A DNA stretch of 64,000 bases, taken from IMG/VR virus record IMGVR_UViG_3300050821_011652. One strand, 5' to 3'. The notes beneath the pieces were generated by a model. That model ran no database searches. It had not been told where the DNA came from and saw nothing but the letters and a program-made list of their open reading frames with translations. This document shows positions 63,990 to 64,000 of the stretch, piece by piece. The first letter of the stretch is position 1. Each line of letters opens with the position of its first letter. Made by a program: the position numbers and the translations under genes. Source of the stretch: an uncultured virus (IMG/VR IMGVR_UViG_3300050821_011652). Taxonomy: Duplodnaviria; Heunggongvirae; Uroviricota; Caudoviricetes.

Positions 63990-64000
63990 GCGCAAATAAT

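Noticed and set aside
1..64000. Alternative genetic code or stop-codon recoding
   Set aside because: Standard-code ORFs tile the window densely and all three stops end genes; the polymerase break is a frame change, not a read-through
1..64000. Host assignment (scarce SD motifs; my impression of a Verrucomicrobiota-type phage)
   Set aside because: Cannot be supported from the sequence alone; needs homology, attB or CRISPR-spacer matches

Overview
The whole window is part of one tailed dsDNA phage genome with podovirus-like architecture; terminase large subunit and portal are not in the window. It has three blocks. (1) 1-11.6 kb, + strand, replication and nucleotide metabolism: Cas4-like nuclease, SSB-like protein, MazG-like enzyme, a family A DNA polymerase split into two ORFs, SF2 helicase, primase and SF3 helicase, followed by an origin-like iteron/(CT)n region. 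(2) 13.3-32.3 kb, mostly + strand, accessory region of about 60 small ORFs plus terS, Xis-like protein, cytochrome P450-like protein, SAM methyltransferase, tyrosine integrase and an attP-like site with a dif-like core. (3) 32.3-64 kb, - strand, virion and lysis genes: major capsid, lysis genes, glycoside-hydrolase tail proteins, nozzle/adaptor, ejection proteins and a 2773-aa polyvalent protein. The most notable unexplained structure is a repeated, covarying multi-hairpin element ending in GCACCA(A)nTATG in front of accessory gene units (14 GCACCA-ATG junctions, 6 full three-hairpin copies), interwoven with an 8-bp-period CCCTGNNN array. Other highlights are a second copy of the att arm 18 kb from attP, a phage P450, a sigma-like domain in the giant virion protein, a small ORF resembling the capsid N-terminus, and a free-standing copy of a tail-protein C-terminal repeat module. 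All family assignments come from motif recognition by eye; no database searches or folding calculations were run.
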